DNA of 60,015 bases from Acidithiobacillus ferrivorans (GCA_020723125.1 DYJM01000002.1:1-60015); one strand, 5' to 3'; positions 46,885 through 60,015 are shown, counted from the first letter of the stretch. Numbers and translations are program-made. The notes: generated by a model from the letters alone, not told the origin.

Positions 46885-48323
46885 TGTCCTGCAAACGTCG
46901 TCCACTTGTTATTGCCCTGAGCCTGCTGCTTGGAACCCTTCCCGTTGCGGGCTGGGCCAGCACGCCTTTCCTGAACCGAGATACCCTCCTGGCCCAGGTC
47001 CCAGCACCTGCTGTTGATTCTGCACCAGCAACACATACTTATTCGGAAGATTCCGCACTGGCGCCCACGAATGCGCCAATGCCCAGCAACGCGGTGAATC
47101 TGGATAAAATCGTAGCCATCGTCAACAACAATATCATCACCTCCTTGCAGCTCGACCAACGCGTCAGCGCAGTGCGTGCCCATCTCCAGCAGAGTGATCC
47201 CAATGCCATGCCTGCGGATGACATTTTGCGCCGTCAGGTGCTGCAACAGATGATTTTGCAGGATATCGAGTTACAAATAGCGCAACGCGCCAACATCACG
47301 GTGGACAAAGGCACACTGGATCAGGCCATCAACAATCTGGCCCAGGCCAACCACATGACCGCTGATCAGTTACGTGAAGCACTGGTCAGCCAGGGACAAT
47401 CCTGGGAAGCCTTCACCAACGATCTCAAGGACCGCATTATTGTTGACCGACTTATGCAGCAGGAGGTGGAAAGTCGCGTCCATGTGGGTCCGGACGAGGT
47501 CAAAACCTTTGCCCGGCAACTGAAGGAAATGGGTGGTATCAGCTTCAACCTGCAGCAGATATTTATTCCCTTGCCTAACAATCCGACCCCCAACGCCATC
47601 AGCGCAGCCCGTCAACAAGCTATCGAAGTCCGAAATCTCCTGATTGCCGGAGAAGACTTTTCACGCCTCGCGGCGCAGGTCAGCAGCGGTCGCGATGCCC
47701 TGCAGGGCGGCCGGATAGGCTGGGTGAAAGCCGGAGAACTCCCTCCCTCGGTGTCTCAAGCCCTCATGTCTCTGAAAACCGGGGATATCAGCCAGGTCAT
47801 CGCCGGACCCACCGGTTTCCACATTTTCAAGATCCTCGATAAAAAAGACGAACAACCCACCATCACTGAGGTCAAGGCAGCAGCCATCGTGCTCCGCGCC
47901 GGCAGTAGCCTGCAACTTCAGGAAGCAGAAGACCGCGCCCAGGATATTCAGACTGCCCTTCAGAATGGCAGCCGTTTCTCGGAACTGGCGCGGAACTACA
48001 GTCAGGATCCCAACACCGCTGCAAAAGGCGGAGAAATGGGCTGGATTACCCCGGGACAGCTACCAGACACCCTCGAACGGACTTTGCTCACCTTGCAGCC
48101 TGGGGCTGTCAGCAGTCCCATTCGTGAAGGTGATGCGATTTACATCCTGCAGTCCCAGGGCCAGCGCCAGCAGCCCGTGAAAGAAAAACAGATCATGGCA
48201 GCAGCACGCATGCAGCTCTTTAACCGGATTGTCCGCGAACGCATGGATGAATGGCAACATCGTATTCGCGACAGTGCCTATGTAGAAATTCTGGAACCCA
48301 GCCTACGCAGCAGCGATGCCTGA
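46884..48323 (+). CDS. surA: periplasmic chaperone/PPIase SurA
   Basis: LDKIVAIVNNNII and two parvulin domains (GFHIFK, YSQDP..GGEMGW). Confidence 0.92.
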   Translation: MSCKRRPLVIALSLLLGTLPVAGWASTPFLNRDTLLAQVPAPAVDSAPATHTYSEDSALAPTNAPMPSNAVNLDKIVAIVNNNIITSLQLDQRVSAVRAHLQQSDPNAMPADDILRRQVLQQMILQDIELQIAQRANITVDKGTLDQAINNLAQANHMTADQLREALVSQGQSWEAFTNDLKDRIIVDRLMQQEVESRVHVGPDEVKTFARQLKEMGGISFNLQQIFIPLPNNPTPNAISAARQQAIEVRNLLIAGEDFSRLAAQVSSGRDALQGGRIGWVKAGELPPSVSQALMSLKTGDISQVIAGPTGFHIFKILDKKDEQPTITEVKAAAIVLRAGSSLQLQEAEDRAQDIQTALQNGSRFSELARNYSQDPNTAAKGGEMGWITPGQLPDTLERTLLTLQPGAVSSPIREGDAIYILQSQGQRQQPVKEKQIMAAARMQLFNRIVRERMDEWQHRIRDSAYVEILEPSLRSSDA

Positions 48324-49134
48324 AATTCTCCATAGTGCCCCAACACCTGTTGCAAGTGGCCAGCGAATCCAGGGCAGCCTGGCCCCGACCTGGACCCTGT
48401 TTTACAAGGAAACCCTGCGTTTCGGCAAAGTCTGGTTGCAAACCATTGCCGCCCCGCTGATTACTACCATTCTCTATCTGGTGGTTTTCGGGCACGCTCT
48501 GGGCAGTCATATCACCGTGTATCCGGGTGTCAGTTATACGGCTTTCATTGTGCCCGGCTTGATGATGATGTCTGTGCTCCAAAATGCCTTCGCGAACAGC
48601 TCTTCCAGCCTGATTCAATCCAAGGTGACCGGAAATATTGTGTTTGTGCTGCTCAGCCCGCTCACGCCCACGGAAATTTTTACGGCCATGGTCGCCGCTT
48701 CGGTGTTCCGGGGTATTTTAGTGGGACTGGCCATTTTTGCCCTGGCTTTACTGTATCTGCACATTCCCGTGCTGCATCCCTTCTGGATTCTGGTTTTCGC
48801 CATCCTTGGTGCCAGCGGCATGGGTAGTTTGGGTTTGATAGCGGGCCTCTGGGCCGAAAAATTCGATCAGATCGCCGGTTTCCAGAATTTTGTCGTCATG
48901 CCCCTGACTTTTCTGGCCGGCGTATTTTACTCAGTGCAATCCCTGCCGGGGATCTGGCGGCAGCTTTCCCTGATCAATCCCTTTTTCTACATCATTGATG
49001 GTTTTCGCTACGGTTTTTTTGCCGATTCGGATGTCAGCGTCTGGGCCAGCCTGGGGGTCAGTCTGGCTTTTGCACTCATCACCGGCTTTTTTGCCTGGCG
49101 CCTGCTGGATCGGGGTTACAAGCTGCGCCAGTAA
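48316..49134 (+). CDS. ABC-2 permease (YadH-like)
   Basis: TLFYKE, QTIAAP, NAFANSSSSLIQSK and GYKLR terminus. Confidence 0.9.
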   Translation: MPEILHSAPTPVASGQRIQGSLAPTWTLFYKETLRFGKVWLQTIAAPLITTILYLVVFGHALGSHITVYPGVSYTAFIVPGLMMMSVLQNAFANSSSSLIQSKVTGNIVFVLLSPLTPTEIFTAMVAASVFRGILVGLAIFALALLYLHIPVLHPFWILVFAILGASGMGSLGLIAGLWAEKFDQIAGFQNFVVMPLTFLAGVFYSVQSLPGIWRQLSLINPFFYIIDGFRYGFFADSDVSVWASLGVSLAFALITGFFAWRLLDRGYKLRQ

Positions 49135-49200
49135 TACGGCACGCCATGCGAAAATAGCCGCTTTGAAAAGGGGATCACAAATCTCCTGTTATGGGATACA

Positions 49201-49464
49201 ATGACCCACATGAACGCCAACATGATCAAATCACTTATTCAGCAAGAACTCCCGGATGCCCTGGTAGAAGTGCAGGGAGATGACGGTGCCCATTTTGAAG
49301 CACTGGTCATCTCGGCTACTTTTACCGGTTTATCCCCTGTCAAACAACATCAGCGGGTTTATGCCGCTCTGGGTGAACGCATGCGTGAAGAAATTCATGC
49401 GCTTTCCCTGCGTACCCTCACCCCTGAACAGGCCGAGCAGATCCGACATTCTGCCCAGCACTGA
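49201..49464 (+). CDS. BolA/IbaG-family protein
   Basis: GDDGAHFEA, QHQRVY and IHALSLRT. Confidence 0.9.
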   Translation: MTHMNANMIKSLIQQELPDALVEVQGDDGAHFEALVISATFTGLSPVKQHQRVYAALGERMREEIHALSLRTLTPEQAEQIRHSAQH

Positions 49465-49498
49465 AACCATCCACGCCCGACACGTCACGAGGATTACC

Positions 49499-49822
49499 AT
49501 GGCTACGATTCAAGAAATCATTCAGGAACAAGTTGAAAAACACCCTGTTGTGCTTTACATGAAGGGCAGCCCCCGCGCCCCTCAGTGCGGATTCTCGGCA
49601 CGCGCCGTACAATTGCTGCAACAATCGGGCGTGAAGGAATTGTTCACAGTGGACGTTCTCGCCGATCCCCAGATTCGCGACGGGATCAAGCAGTTTTCCA
49701 ACTGGCCGACCATTCCCCAGTTGTATATTCAAGGTGAATTTGTCGGCGGCTCCGACATCATGTCCGACCTCTACCAGCAGGGTGAACTCCAGAAGTTGGT
49801 GGAAAAAGCCCAAAACGCCTGA
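49499..49822 (+). CDS. grxD: monothiol glutaredoxin
   Basis: PQCGFS, WPTIPQLY and GGSDI motifs. Confidence 0.95.
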   Translation: MATIQEIIQEQVEKHPVVLYMKGSPRAPQCGFSARAVQLLQQSGVKELFTVDVLADPQIRDGIKQFSNWPTIPQLYIQGEFVGGSDIMSDLYQQGELQKLVEKAQNA

Positions 49823-49829
49823 AAGGTGA

Positions 49830-51759
<1,930 letters not shown>

Positions 51760-51763
<4 letters not shown>

Positions 51764-53061
51764 ATCGTCTCGACACCCGCGATCCCGATTTCACCCGACA
51801 GTTTCATTCCCTGCATGATTGGGATGCCAATCTCGATGATCAGGTAGAAGGCCGGGTCAGGGAGATTGTCCATGCCGTGCGCGACCGGGGGGACGCCGCC
51901 TTACGGGAATTTACCGAACGCTTCGATGGCTTGAGCACCACTTCTGCGGCTGACCTGGAAATACCCCGGACAGCTCTGGAACAGGCTTTAAACCGTCTCG
52001 AACCATTGCAGCGTGCGGCTCTGGAAGAAGCCGCCCAACGCATTCGCGCCTATCACGAACATCAGCGTAGCGAGAGCTGGAGTTTCAGCGAAGCCGATGG
52101 TACCCGGCTTGGCCAGCGCATTTTGCCCTTGTCCCGGGTAGGTATTTATGTGCCCGGTGGCAAGGCCGCCTACCCCAGTTCGGTGTTGATGAACGCCATT
52201 CCTGCCCACGTGGCCGGAGTTCAGGAGATCATCATGGTTGTCCCTACCCCCAAAGGTCAGGTGAACCCCTGGGTATTGGCCGCTGCCGCCATTGCCGGGG
52301 TGCATCGGGTGTTTTGCGTGGGTGGTGCTCAAGCCGTTGCGGCACTGGCTTATGGAACCGAAACCGTTCCTGCCGTCGACAAAATCGTCGGTCCCGGCAA
52401 TATTTATGTCGCCACGGCCAAGCGCATGGTTTTTGGTCGGGTAGGCATCGACATGATTGCCGGCCCCAGCGAAATCCTGGTGATCAGTGATGGGTCTGCG
52501 CCTGCAGAATGGCTGGCCTGGGATCTTCTGTCTCAGGCAGAACACGATGAAATTGCCCAGAGTATTTTCATCAGTTGGGATGACGCCCACATTGACGCTG
52601 TGCTCAGCGCAGTGGATCAGGCTCTGAGCGTGCTCGACCGCGCCCCCATCGCCAGTAAAAGCTGGGCAGATCGCGGGGCGGTGATCCGCGTGCGTGACCG
52701 TGCCGAAGCCTGCGAGGTCGCCAACAGGATTGCCGCAGAGCATCTGGAGCTGGCGGTAGCTGATCCGGAAAGCTGGCTGCCCGACATTCATAATGCGGGC
52801 GCCATATTCATGGGTATTCATAGTTGTGAGGCACTGGGTGATTATGTAGCGGGACCCAATCATGTTCTGCCCACCGGGGGCAGTGCCCGGTTTTCCTCGC
52901 CGCTGGGTGTTTATGATTTCGTCAAACGCAGCAGTCTCATTCAGGCGAGTGCGGCTGGCGCCAACACTCTGGGCCAGCTGGCCGAGCGTCTGGCGCTGGG
53001 TGAAGGGCTGAGCGCCCATGCCCGTTCTGCAGCCTGTCGCGTCACGGACCGGCAAAAATGA
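51760..53061 (+). CDS. hisD: histidinol dehydrogenase
   Basis: [27 protein letters not shown] and GPNHVLPT. Confidence 0.97.
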
Positions 53062-54128
53062 ATGGCCGGACGCTGATGGAAGTGCTGCTGCGCCCGGAAC
53101 TGCTGGCCAGCAAAGCTTATGCCGTCGCACCCAGCACCGGCCTGATCAAGCTGGATGCCATGGAAAATCCCTATGGGCTCCCCGATCTGCTGCGCCAGGC
53201 CTGGCTGGAAAGTCTGAGCGATGCCCCCATTAACCGTTATCCTGATCCCCACCCCGACAGCCTGATTACCGCCCTCAAAAAGCATATCGGCCTGCCTGCG
53301 GGGGTTGAACTCATGCTCGGCAACGGCTCCGATGAACTGATTCAGATTCTGGTGACCGCTGTGGCCGGAACAGGTCGGCCGATCATGGCGGTTGATCCCA
53401 GTTTCGTCATGTATCGCCTGCTCGCCGAGCAACTGGGACTGCCCTTCATCGGCGTGCCCCTGGATGCGGAATTTCAGCTGGATTTACCCGCAATGCTCCG
53501 GGCCATCGCCGAACACCAGCCCGCCATCGTGTTTCTCGACTGGCCCAACAACCCCAGCGGCAGCCTGTTCCCGGAAGCCGACCTCGTGGCCATTATCCAG
53601 GCGGCTCCCGGTCTGGTGGTGGTGGATGAAGCCTATCATGCCTTCAGTCAAACCACTTTTGCCGGGCGACTCGGACAATATCCCAACCTGCTGCTGTTGC
53701 GTACGCTTTCCAAAGAAGGTCTGGCAGGACTCCGCCTCGGCATGCTGGCAGGGCCATCCGCCTGGATTCAGGAACTGGACAAATTACGTCTGCCCTACAA
53801 TATCAACATCCTGACTCAACGCAGTGCCGCCTTTTATCTCCAGCACAGCACCGTACTCGATGAACAGGCGGATATTCTGCGCGCCGAACGAGACAGGATG
53901 TTCAAGGCCATCTCCGCCATGGGCCTGACAGTCTGGCCCAGTGCCGCCAATTTCCTGCTTTTTCATACGCCCGGGAAAGCGGCAGAAATTTACGCCGGTC
54001 TGAAAAACGGGGGGATATTGATCAAAGCCTTTACAGGCCACCCCCGTCTCGGCGACTATCTGCGGGTAAGTGTCGGCAAACCTGCCGAAAACAGCCGTTT
54101 TCTCTCCGTACTGGAGTCATTACTGTGA
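53058..54128 (+). CDS. hisC: histidinol-phosphate aminotransferase
   Basis: [19 protein letters not shown] and RTLSK..LAGLRLG. Confidence 0.95.
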   Translation: MNGRTLMEVLLRPELLASKAYAVAPSTGLIKLDAMENPYGLPDLLRQAWLESLSDAPINRYPDPHPDSLITALKKHIGLPAGVELMLGNGSDELIQILVTAVAGTGRPIMAVDPSFVMYRLLAEQLGLPFIGVPLDAEFQLDLPAMLRAIAEHQPAIVFLDWPNNPSGSLFPEADLVAIIQAAPGLVVVDEAYHAFSQTTFAGRLGQYPNLLLLRTLSKEGLAGLRLGMLAGPSAWIQELDKLRLPYNINILTQRSAAFYLQHSTVLDEQADILRAERDRMFKAISAMGLTVWPSAANFLLFHTPGKAAEIYAGLKNGGILIKAFTGHPRLGDYLRVSVGKPAENSRFLSVLESLL

Positions 54129-54724
54129 AGCCGCGCCAAGCTGAAGTCGAAAGAAACACCCTTGAAACCCAGATTCGCGTTCAGATCAATCTGGATGGCT
54201 CGGGACAGGCGGATCTGCATACCGGCCTGCCTTTTCTCGACCACATGATTCATCAGATTGTGCGTCACGGGCTTTTTGATCTGAGCATTCAGGCTCATGG
54301 CGATCTCGACATTGATGCCCATCATACGGTCGAGGATATCGGCATCACTCTGGGTCAGGCTTTTGCCCGTGCAGTGGGAGACAAATCCGGCATCCAGCGC
54401 TATGGACACGCTTATGTGCCTCTGGACGAAGCCCTGTCGCGGGTGGTTGTGGATCTGTCCGGCCGTCCGGGCTTGGTGTTTGCCGTGGAATTTCCGCGTG
54501 CCCAGGTTGGCGGCTTTGACGTGGACCTTTTCCATGAGTTTTTTCAGGGATTCGTCAACCACGCCATGCTCACCCTGCATCTGGATGCCTTGCGCGGCCG
54601 GAATACCCACCACATTGCCGAAACCCTGTTCAAGGCCTGTGGCCGCGCCCTGCGCATGGCAGTCAGCCCCGACCCCCGAATGGCCGGCAATATCCCCAGT
54701 ACCAAAGGAACCCTGAGCCTATGA
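54125..54724 (+). CDS. hisB: imidazoleglycerol-phosphate dehydratase
   Basis: [20 protein letters not shown] and PSTKG. Confidence 0.96.
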   Translation: MKPRQAEVERNTLETQIRVQINLDGSGQADLHTGLPFLDHMIHQIVRHGLFDLSIQAHGDLDIDAHHTVEDIGITLGQAFARAVGDKSGIQRYGHAYVPLDEALSRVVVDLSGRPGLVFAVEFPRAQVGGFDVDLFHEFFQGFVNHAMLTLHLDALRGRNTHHIAETLFKACGRALRMAVSPDPRMAGNIPSTKGTLSL

Positions 54725-55386
54725 ACGGCAGCAGGGTGGGCATTATCGATTACGGGATGGGGAACCTCTATTCCGTAGCCAAGGCCGTGGAATACCTGGG
54801 CGGTAAAGCCGTTGTCAGTGATCAGGTGAGTGAACTGGCCACTACGGATCGCATTATTTTCCCCGGTGTTGGTGCCTTCGGGGATTGTATGGCGGCATTG
54901 GAAGCGCACGAACTCAGCGATTTTGTCCGCGTAGCTGCCCAGACCCGCCCCTTTCTGGGCATCTGTCTGGGCATGCAGATGCTGATGGACAGCAGTGAAG
55001 AACATGGCGAACATGCGGGTCTTGGCCTCCTGCCGGGCCGCGTCATCCCCTTTCCCGAAGAAGCCTTGCACAGCGCCGATGGTCGTCGCCTGAAAATCCC
55101 GCACATGGGCTGGAATGAGTTGCATCAACTGGTGGATCACCCGCTATTCGCTGGCGTTCCACAAAATGCCCAATTTTATTTTGTGCATTCGTATTACGTG
55201 GAGCCTTCTGCCCCGGAAATTCTGGCGGCTTTCAGCGATTACGCTTTTCCCTTCTGTGCAGCAGTCGCGGCGGACAACCTTTTTGCCATGCAATGTCACC
55301 CGGAAAAAAGTGGCAGCGCTGGCCTGCGCCTGCTCGGCAATTTTCTTGCCTGGGATGGAGACTGCGGCTCCCAATGTGCCATCTGA
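54721..55386 (+). CDS. hisH: IGP synthase glutaminase subunit
   Basis: [20 protein letters not shown] and HPEKS. Confidence 0.96.
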   Translation: MNGSRVGIIDYGMGNLYSVAKAVEYLGGKAVVSDQVSELATTDRIIFPGVGAFGDCMAALEAHELSDFVRVAAQTRPFLGICLGMQMLMDSSEEHGEHAGLGLLPGRVIPFPEEALHSADGRRLKIPHMGWNELHQLVDHPLFAGVPQNAQFYFVHSYYVEPSAPEILAAFSDYAFPFCAAVAADNLFAMQCHPEKSGSAGLRLLGNFLAWDGDCGSQCAI

Positions 55387-55425
55387 GCTGATATTGCGGA
55401 AAGTTTTTTTACGGAGGATGTTGTC

Positions 55426-56154
55426 ATGCTGTTGATTCCGGCCATCGACCTCAAAGGCGGCAGTTGTGTGCGCTTGCGCCAGGGACGCATGGAAGACCAT
55501 ACCATTTTTTCTGATGATCCGGTTGCCACGGCCCAGCGCTGGGTGGATGGTGGCGCAAAACGTCTGCACATTGTTGATCTGGATGGAGCCGTACAGGGTG
55601 AGCCGGTCAATGCCAAAGCCATCGCGGCCATTTGCGAACGCTTTCCAGACCTGGAAATTCAGCTTGGTGGTGGCATCCGCAGCGAGGAACAAATTGAAAC
55701 CTACATCCAGGCGGGGGTGCGCTATGTCATTATCGGCACCCAGGCCGTCAAGGCACCGGGCTTCGTCCGCGATGCAGCCGTCAGCTTTCCCGGCCACATC
55801 ATGGTCGGCATTGACGCCCGGGATGGCAAGGTAGCCACCGAAGGCTGGTCCAAGCTGTCCCGCCACGATCCCGTGGATCTTGCCCAACATTTTGCTGCTG
55901 ATGGCATCGAAGCCATTATTTACACCGACATCAGCCGCGACGGCATGTTGAGTGGACCCAATATAGCCGCCACGGTAGCACTGGCGCAGGCCGTCCCGGT
56001 CCCGGTCATCGCCTCGGGAGGCATTGCCGACCTCGACCAGGTGCTGGCGCTCAAAGCCCACGAAGACGATGGGGTAATGGGTGCCATCACTGGACGGGCG
56101 ATTTATGAAGGGACACTGGACTTTGCCAGTGCCCGCGCCCGGGCCGAGGCTTAG
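55426..56154 (+). CDS. hisA: ProFAR isomerase
   Basis: [14 protein letters not shown] and TDISRDGML. Confidence 0.96.
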   Translation: MLLIPAIDLKGGSCVRLRQGRMEDHTIFSDDPVATAQRWVDGGAKRLHIVDLDGAVQGEPVNAKAIAAICERFPDLEIQLGGGIRSEEQIETYIQAGVRYVIIGTQAVKAPGFVRDAAVSFPGHIMVGIDARDGKVATEGWSKLSRHDPVDLAQHFAADGIEAIIYTDISRDGMLSGPNIAATVALAQAVPVPVIASGGIADLDQVLALKAHEDDGVMGAITGRAIYEGTLDFASARARAEA

Positions 56155-56158
56155 GGCC

Positions 56159-56920
56159 ATGCTTTCCAGGCGCATCATTCCCTGTCTGGATATTGACCAT
56201 GGCCGCGTCGTCAAAGGTGTCCAGTTCGTCGCCCTGCGCGATGCCGGCGACCCGGTAGAGGTGGCCAAACGCTACAACGACGAAGGCGCTGACGAGCTGA
56301 CTTTTCTCGATATTTCGGCCAGTTATGAACAAAGGGGCACCCTGGCGGAGGTGGTTTCAGCAGTTGCTGCCCAGGTATTCATCCCTCTGACCGTCGGTGG
56401 CGGGGTGCGCAGCGTCGAAGACATCCGCACCCTGCTGCTGGCCGGTGCGGACAAGGTCAGCATCAATAGTGCGGCCGTCAAGGAACCGGAACTGGTGCGT
56501 GCGGCGGCCCGGCGTTTTGGCAACTCCTGCATCGTGGTCGCTATTGATGCCAAACGCGTCGATGAGCACTGGGAGGTATTTACCCATGGCGGCCGTCATT
56601 CCACGGGTCTCAACGCCATCACCTGGGCACAGCAGATGGCGGACTATGGCGCCGGAGAAATCCTGCTGACCAGTATGGATCGGGACGGAACCGGCCTGGG
56701 ATTTGATCTGGAGCTGACCCGCGCTGTCAGTGATGCGGTTCCGGTTCCGGTCATCGCTTCGGGTGGCGTCGGTGCCATTGAACATTTTGCCGAAGGCGTT
56801 GTGCAGGGTCATGCCGATGCCGTGCTGGCTGCCAGTGTGTTTCATTTCGGACAGTTTCGCATTGCCGAAGTCAAAGCCGAAATGATCAAGGCCGGTATTC
56901 CCGTGCGGGAAAACATCTGA
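56159..56920 (+). CDS. hisF: IGP synthase cyclase subunit
   Basis: [16 protein letters not shown] and SMDRDGT; ATG at 56159. Confidence 0.96.
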   Translation: MLSRRIIPCLDIDHGRVVKGVQFVALRDAGDPVEVAKRYNDEGADELTFLDISASYEQRGTLAEVVSAVAAQVFIPLTVGGGVRSVEDIRTLLLAGADKVSINSAAVKEPELVRAAARRFGNSCIVVAIDAKRVDEHWEVFTHGGRHSTGLNAITWAQQMADYGAGEILLTSMDRDGTGLGFDLELTRAVSDAVPVPVIASGGVGAIEHFAEGVVQGHADAVLAASVFHFGQFRIAEVKAEMIKAGIPVRENI

Positions 56921-56998
56921 GAACGCCGGGGGTGCATCCGGCATCAGACATATTGCGTAGTTTATAGAAACACACATACTTCGGGGGGTTATAGCAGC

Positions 56999-57691
56999 AT
57001 GGGTGATAACCAGTACAACGCTCTCCTGGCAGCCGTACGCTGGAATGCCGATGGCCTGGTTCCGGCCATTGCCCAGGATGCCCGCAGCGGCAGGGTCCTG
57101 ATGCTCGCCTGGATGAATGCCGAAGCCTTAACAGCGACTTTGCAGGATCGGATGGGCACCTACTGGTCACGTTCCCGGCAAGCCCTCTGGCGCAAGGGTG
57201 AAAGCTCCGGCCATTTTCAGCATCTGGTCGATCTGCGTCTGGATTGTGACGGCGACACCCTGCTGATGCGGGTTATCCAGGAAGGGCCAGCCTGCCATAC
57301 CGGCGAAGCCACCTGCTTTTTTCAGGGAGCCCCCGATGCCGAGGGCTGGCAACACCAGGCTCCGCCCCCAGGCAGCATTCTCGACAGCCTGCAGAGTATC
57401 TTGCATCAACGTCGGCAGGCTGATCCCGGCCAGTCCTACGTCGCGCAACTGCTCCATGGCGGACAAGACCGGATCCTGAAAAAAGTAGGCGAAGAAGCCA
57501 CGGAATTTGTGTTAGCCTGCAAAAATCATGAGAAAAAACCGATTATTGCCGAGGCTGCTGACCTGCTGTTTCACCTGATGGTGGCCCTGGAGGAACAGGA
57601 CTTGCATATCGATGATGTCCTCGCAGAGCTGGCGAGACGCGAAGGAATTTCCGGCCTGGATGAAAAAGCTGCAAGGCGTCCGCTGGCTTGA
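56999..57691 (+). CDS. hisIE: bifunctional phosphoribosyl-AMP cyclohydrolase / phosphoribosyl-ATP pyrophosphatase
   Basis: [20 protein letters not shown] fused to KKVGEEATE and EAADLLFH. Confidence 0.94.
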   Translation: MGDNQYNALLAAVRWNADGLVPAIAQDARSGRVLMLAWMNAEALTATLQDRMGTYWSRSRQALWRKGESSGHFQHLVDLRLDCDGDTLLMRVIQEGPACHTGEATCFFQGAPDAEGWQHQAPPPGSILDSLQSILHQRRQADPGQSYVAQLLHGGQDRILKKVGEEATEFVLACKNHEKKPIIAEAADLLFHLMVALEEQDLHIDDVLAELARREGISGLDEKAARRPLA

Positions 57692-57766
57692 CGCAACAGA
57701 ATTTTTTTTCTATGGTCAAAGAGTTAGCATGTAGCGCATAGCCCTTTCGGGGCAAGGAGAGCAGTG

Positions 57767-57991
57767 ATGGGCGCTTTTAGTATCTGGCATTTGATTATTA
57801 TTTTATTGATTGTTGTGGCCCTGTTCGGCACCGCAAAACTACGGAATGTCGGCTCGGATCTGGGCTCTGCAATCAAAAGCTTCCGTTCCGCCGTCAAGGA
57901 AGAGGAAGAAGGGAAAAAGGATGCAAGCATCGGTCACACCATCGATGCCAGTGTTCAGCCCAGTAAAGAGCGCGAAACCGCTAATCGTTGA
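57767..57991 (+). CDS. tatA: twin-arginine translocase TatA
   Basis: SIWHL, LFGT.KL and GSDLG. Confidence 0.95.
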   Translation: MGAFSIWHLIIILLIVVALFGTAKLRNVGSDLGSAIKSFRSAVKEEEEGKKDASIGHTIDASVQPSKERETANR

Positions 57992-57997
57992 TCGGTC

Positions 57998-58396
57998 ATG
58001 TTTGATTTCAGCTTTGGCGAACTGGTTCTTCTGGGCATTATTGTTCTGCTGGTGGTCGGCCCGGAAAAAATGCCTGAATTGGCTCGAACCGCAGGCAAGT
58101 GGTACGGTGCCATGCGCCGAACCATGAATGGTCTGCGGTCTGAAGTAGAGCAGCAGCTTTTGCTGGATGAGTTGCGTAAGGAGGCAGACAAATTGCGGGA
58201 TTATGCTAACGAAGAAATTTTACCGGGGGACATTGCGGCCTCTTCTTCACTCCGGGAAACCCGAGCAAACGGGGATGATACCGGGGCATCCTTGACGCCG
58301 GAAAGTGGACCCAAACAGGCGGAACTCGATATTGGTTTCCTGCCAACGGCCATGCATACCGGTGACCTGCCTGGTCCTGAAGATCGCCTGCATTGA
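57998..58396 (+). CDS. tatB: twin-arginine translocase TatB
   Basis: MFDFSFGEL and VVGPEKMP. Confidence 0.93.
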   Translation: MFDFSFGELVLLGIIVLLVVGPEKMPELARTAGKWYGAMRRTMNGLRSEVEQQLLLDELRKEADKLRDYANEEILPGDIAASSSLRETRANGDDTGASLTPESGPKQAELDIGFLPTAMHTGDLPGPEDRLH

Positions 58397-58524
58397 TTGC
58401 TTTTCTCTAGCGCTGATGGAGTAGTTATTTTCATTCTTCCCTGCATGTCTTCTATCCCTCCGTACGGCCTGGATGCTTGCACACACACTTTTTTTTGTAT
58501 TCCGCCCGAGGAAATTGTTTAAAC

Positions 58525-59352
58525 ATGGAGAAATTGGCGGAGAACACGTTTATTGGTCATCTGCTGGAACTGCGTCGCCGGGTACTGATTTCCGTTATCG
58601 CCATTTTTGTTGGTTTTCTTGTTTCCTATCCCTTTTCCAAAACCATTTACAATATTCTTGCTGCCCCCCTGATTGCGGTTCTGCCCAAAGGCAGTCACCT
58701 GATCTACACCAGCCTTCCCGAAGTATTTCTCACCTATATTCAGTTGTCCCTGATTTCAGGATTTGTGCTGGCACTGCCCGTAGTGCTTTATCAATTCTGG
58801 GCTTTTCTGGCTCCGGGCTTATATGAACACGAACGCAAGGCATTTTTCCCCCTCATTTTCGCCTCGATATTTCTGTTTATTGGCGGAATGCTCTTTGCCT
58901 ATTTTGTGGTGTTTCCCAATGCGTTTCGTTTTTTTACCAGTTTTTCCGGTTCAGATATCACCGCCATGCCGAAAGTGGACAGCTATTTGTCCCTGATCGT
59001 CAAGTTTTCCCTGGCCTTTGGTCTGGCTTTTCAAATTCCCATTTTGATTGTCGTACTTGTGCGCGTAGGTATTCTTCAGGTTGCGACCCTGCGGCGGAGT
59101 CGTCGCTATGCGTTTTTAGTCTGCGCCATCGCCTCAGCCGTCCTCAGCCCCCCCGATGTCATGTCCATGGTGCTGCTCCTCATCCCCATGTACATGCTCT
59201 TCGAGCTGGGCCTGTTCTTTGCAGGACGCATCCGGACTCTTCAGCCCATTGCAGAAAACGCGGAAGAAGATGAAATACCTGAACGCAGTGCTGCCGACGA
59301 AATGGATGCGGCAGAGGCGAGTTTCCGGAAGAGGGATGAGGAGGAGCAGTAA
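58525..59352 (+). CDS. tatC: twin-arginine translocase TatC
   Basis: HLLELRRR, APGLY.HE and SPPD; ATG at 58525. Confidence 0.95.
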   Translation: MEKLAENTFIGHLLELRRRVLISVIAIFVGFLVSYPFSKTIYNILAAPLIAVLPKGSHLIYTSLPEVFLTYIQLSLISGFVLALPVVLYQFWAFLAPGLYEHERKAFFPLIFASIFLFIGGMLFAYFVVFPNAFRFFTSFSGSDITAMPKVDSYLSLIVKFSLAFGLAFQIPILIVVLVRVGILQVATLRRSRRYAFLVCAIASAVLSPPDVMSMVLLLIPMYMLFELGLFFAGRIRTLQPIAENAEEDEIPERSAADEMDAAEASFRKRDEEEQ

Positions 59353-59435
59353 ACAGGAACTACTGCGAGGCACCGCTTTGTCTTTTCTCTTTGTAGATTC
59401 CATAATTACAGCGAATCAGACATGGGGTGTGCGAA

Positions 59436-59669
59436 ATGGAAGACAATTTGGTACTGGAACAACTCAGAAAAATCCGGGCTGAGCTGGATGCCGCCCGTGA
59501 GCGTGACCACGAAATCATGGCGAGATTAGGCGGCATAGAGATAGGGCTTAGCCGCATTGCCCGCGACGAGGCGGGTAATTACGCTGAAGTTATCCATGAC
59601 CTACACAGCATTGACAGAATTCGGGAAAGATTGGACCGTATTGAACGTCGCCCGGAAATAGCTGACTAG
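59436..59669 (+). CDS. small coiled-coil hypothetical protein
   Basis: MEDNLVLEQLRKIRAEL..RLDRIERR heptad pattern. Confidence 0.65.
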   Translation: MEDNLVLEQLRKIRAELDAARERDHEIMARLGGIEIGLSRIARDEAGNYAEVIHDLHSIDRIRERLDRIERRPEIAD

Positions 59670-59723
59670 GGCCGCTTCATCATCAAGGTCACGCAACACT
59701 TTCCGAACAAACTTAATCTGCAC
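59670..59723 (-). pseudogene. truncated RelE/ParE-type toxin (first 18 codons only)
   Basis: GTG-start MQIKFVRKVLRDLDDEAA resembles a ParE/RelE N-terminus; similarity stops at 59670. Confidence 0.65.
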
Positions 59724-59954
59724 GCGAAGCCCATTTGTCGAACACAGCCGCAACTTCCTGTGTGGTGAAAAATCTCCGGCATCAGCCTCTGCAAGCCCAG
59801 CACGAATCTGGGATACCTGCCATTGCTTCCTTTCCAGGTACTCTTTGATAGCCTCCATGGCCAACCAGGACCGGCTACGTCCGGTCATTTCCGCCAACAA
59901 TTCCCAATCATGCTGAACGGCTTCTGGCACCCTGATAGTCAATACAGACGACAT
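59713..59954 (-). pseudogene. CopG/RHH antitoxin with a frameshift near its 3' end
   Basis: TIRV, GRSRSWLA and GLAEADAGDF; the expected tail TTQEVAAVFDKWASRAD* lies in another frame after the A5 run at 59768-59772. Confidence 0.72.
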
Positions 59955-60015
59955 GACGCTCCTCTGAGCTTTAATGTATGACTCAGCATCCATAAGATAC
60001 GACGCAACATGAATG

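Overview
A gene-dense, mostly core-chromosome window from a proteobacterium; gene order and protein style suggest Acidithiobacillus or a relative (inference, not verified). It carries peptidoglycan-recycling genes (anmK, amgK, murU), hemH, two exonuclease III paralogs, rlmJ, prmB, argS, rsmA/pdxA, mlaFEDCB, speD-speE, a glutamate decarboxylase, a GlrK-QseG-GlrR-like sigma-54 system, mutY/yggX, the kdsD-lptCAB-rpoN-hpf-ptsN-hprK-rapZ-PTS cluster, lptD-surA, bolA-grxD-murA, hisGDCBHAF(IE), tatABC and a decayed RHH/RelE-ParE toxin-antitoxin pair at the right edge. I found no rRNA, tRNA, CRISPR array or transposase. The most interesting signals are: (1) at the position upstream of glrK where enterobacteria have the glmY sRNA there is a small secreted Lys/Glu/His-rich Asr-like protein gene, with a near-consensus sigma-54 promoter, two GlrR-type TGTC-N10-GACA boxes, a possible IHF site and its own terminator; (2) a ~200-bp long-hairpin repeat in two full copies whose outer arms differ between copies yet are each perfectly self-complementary, plus one collapsed copy; (3) a ~165-nt multi-stem leader with alternative RBS pairing upstream of speD; (4) a reciprocal swap of two usually conserved gene junctions consistent with an old ~32-kb inversion.
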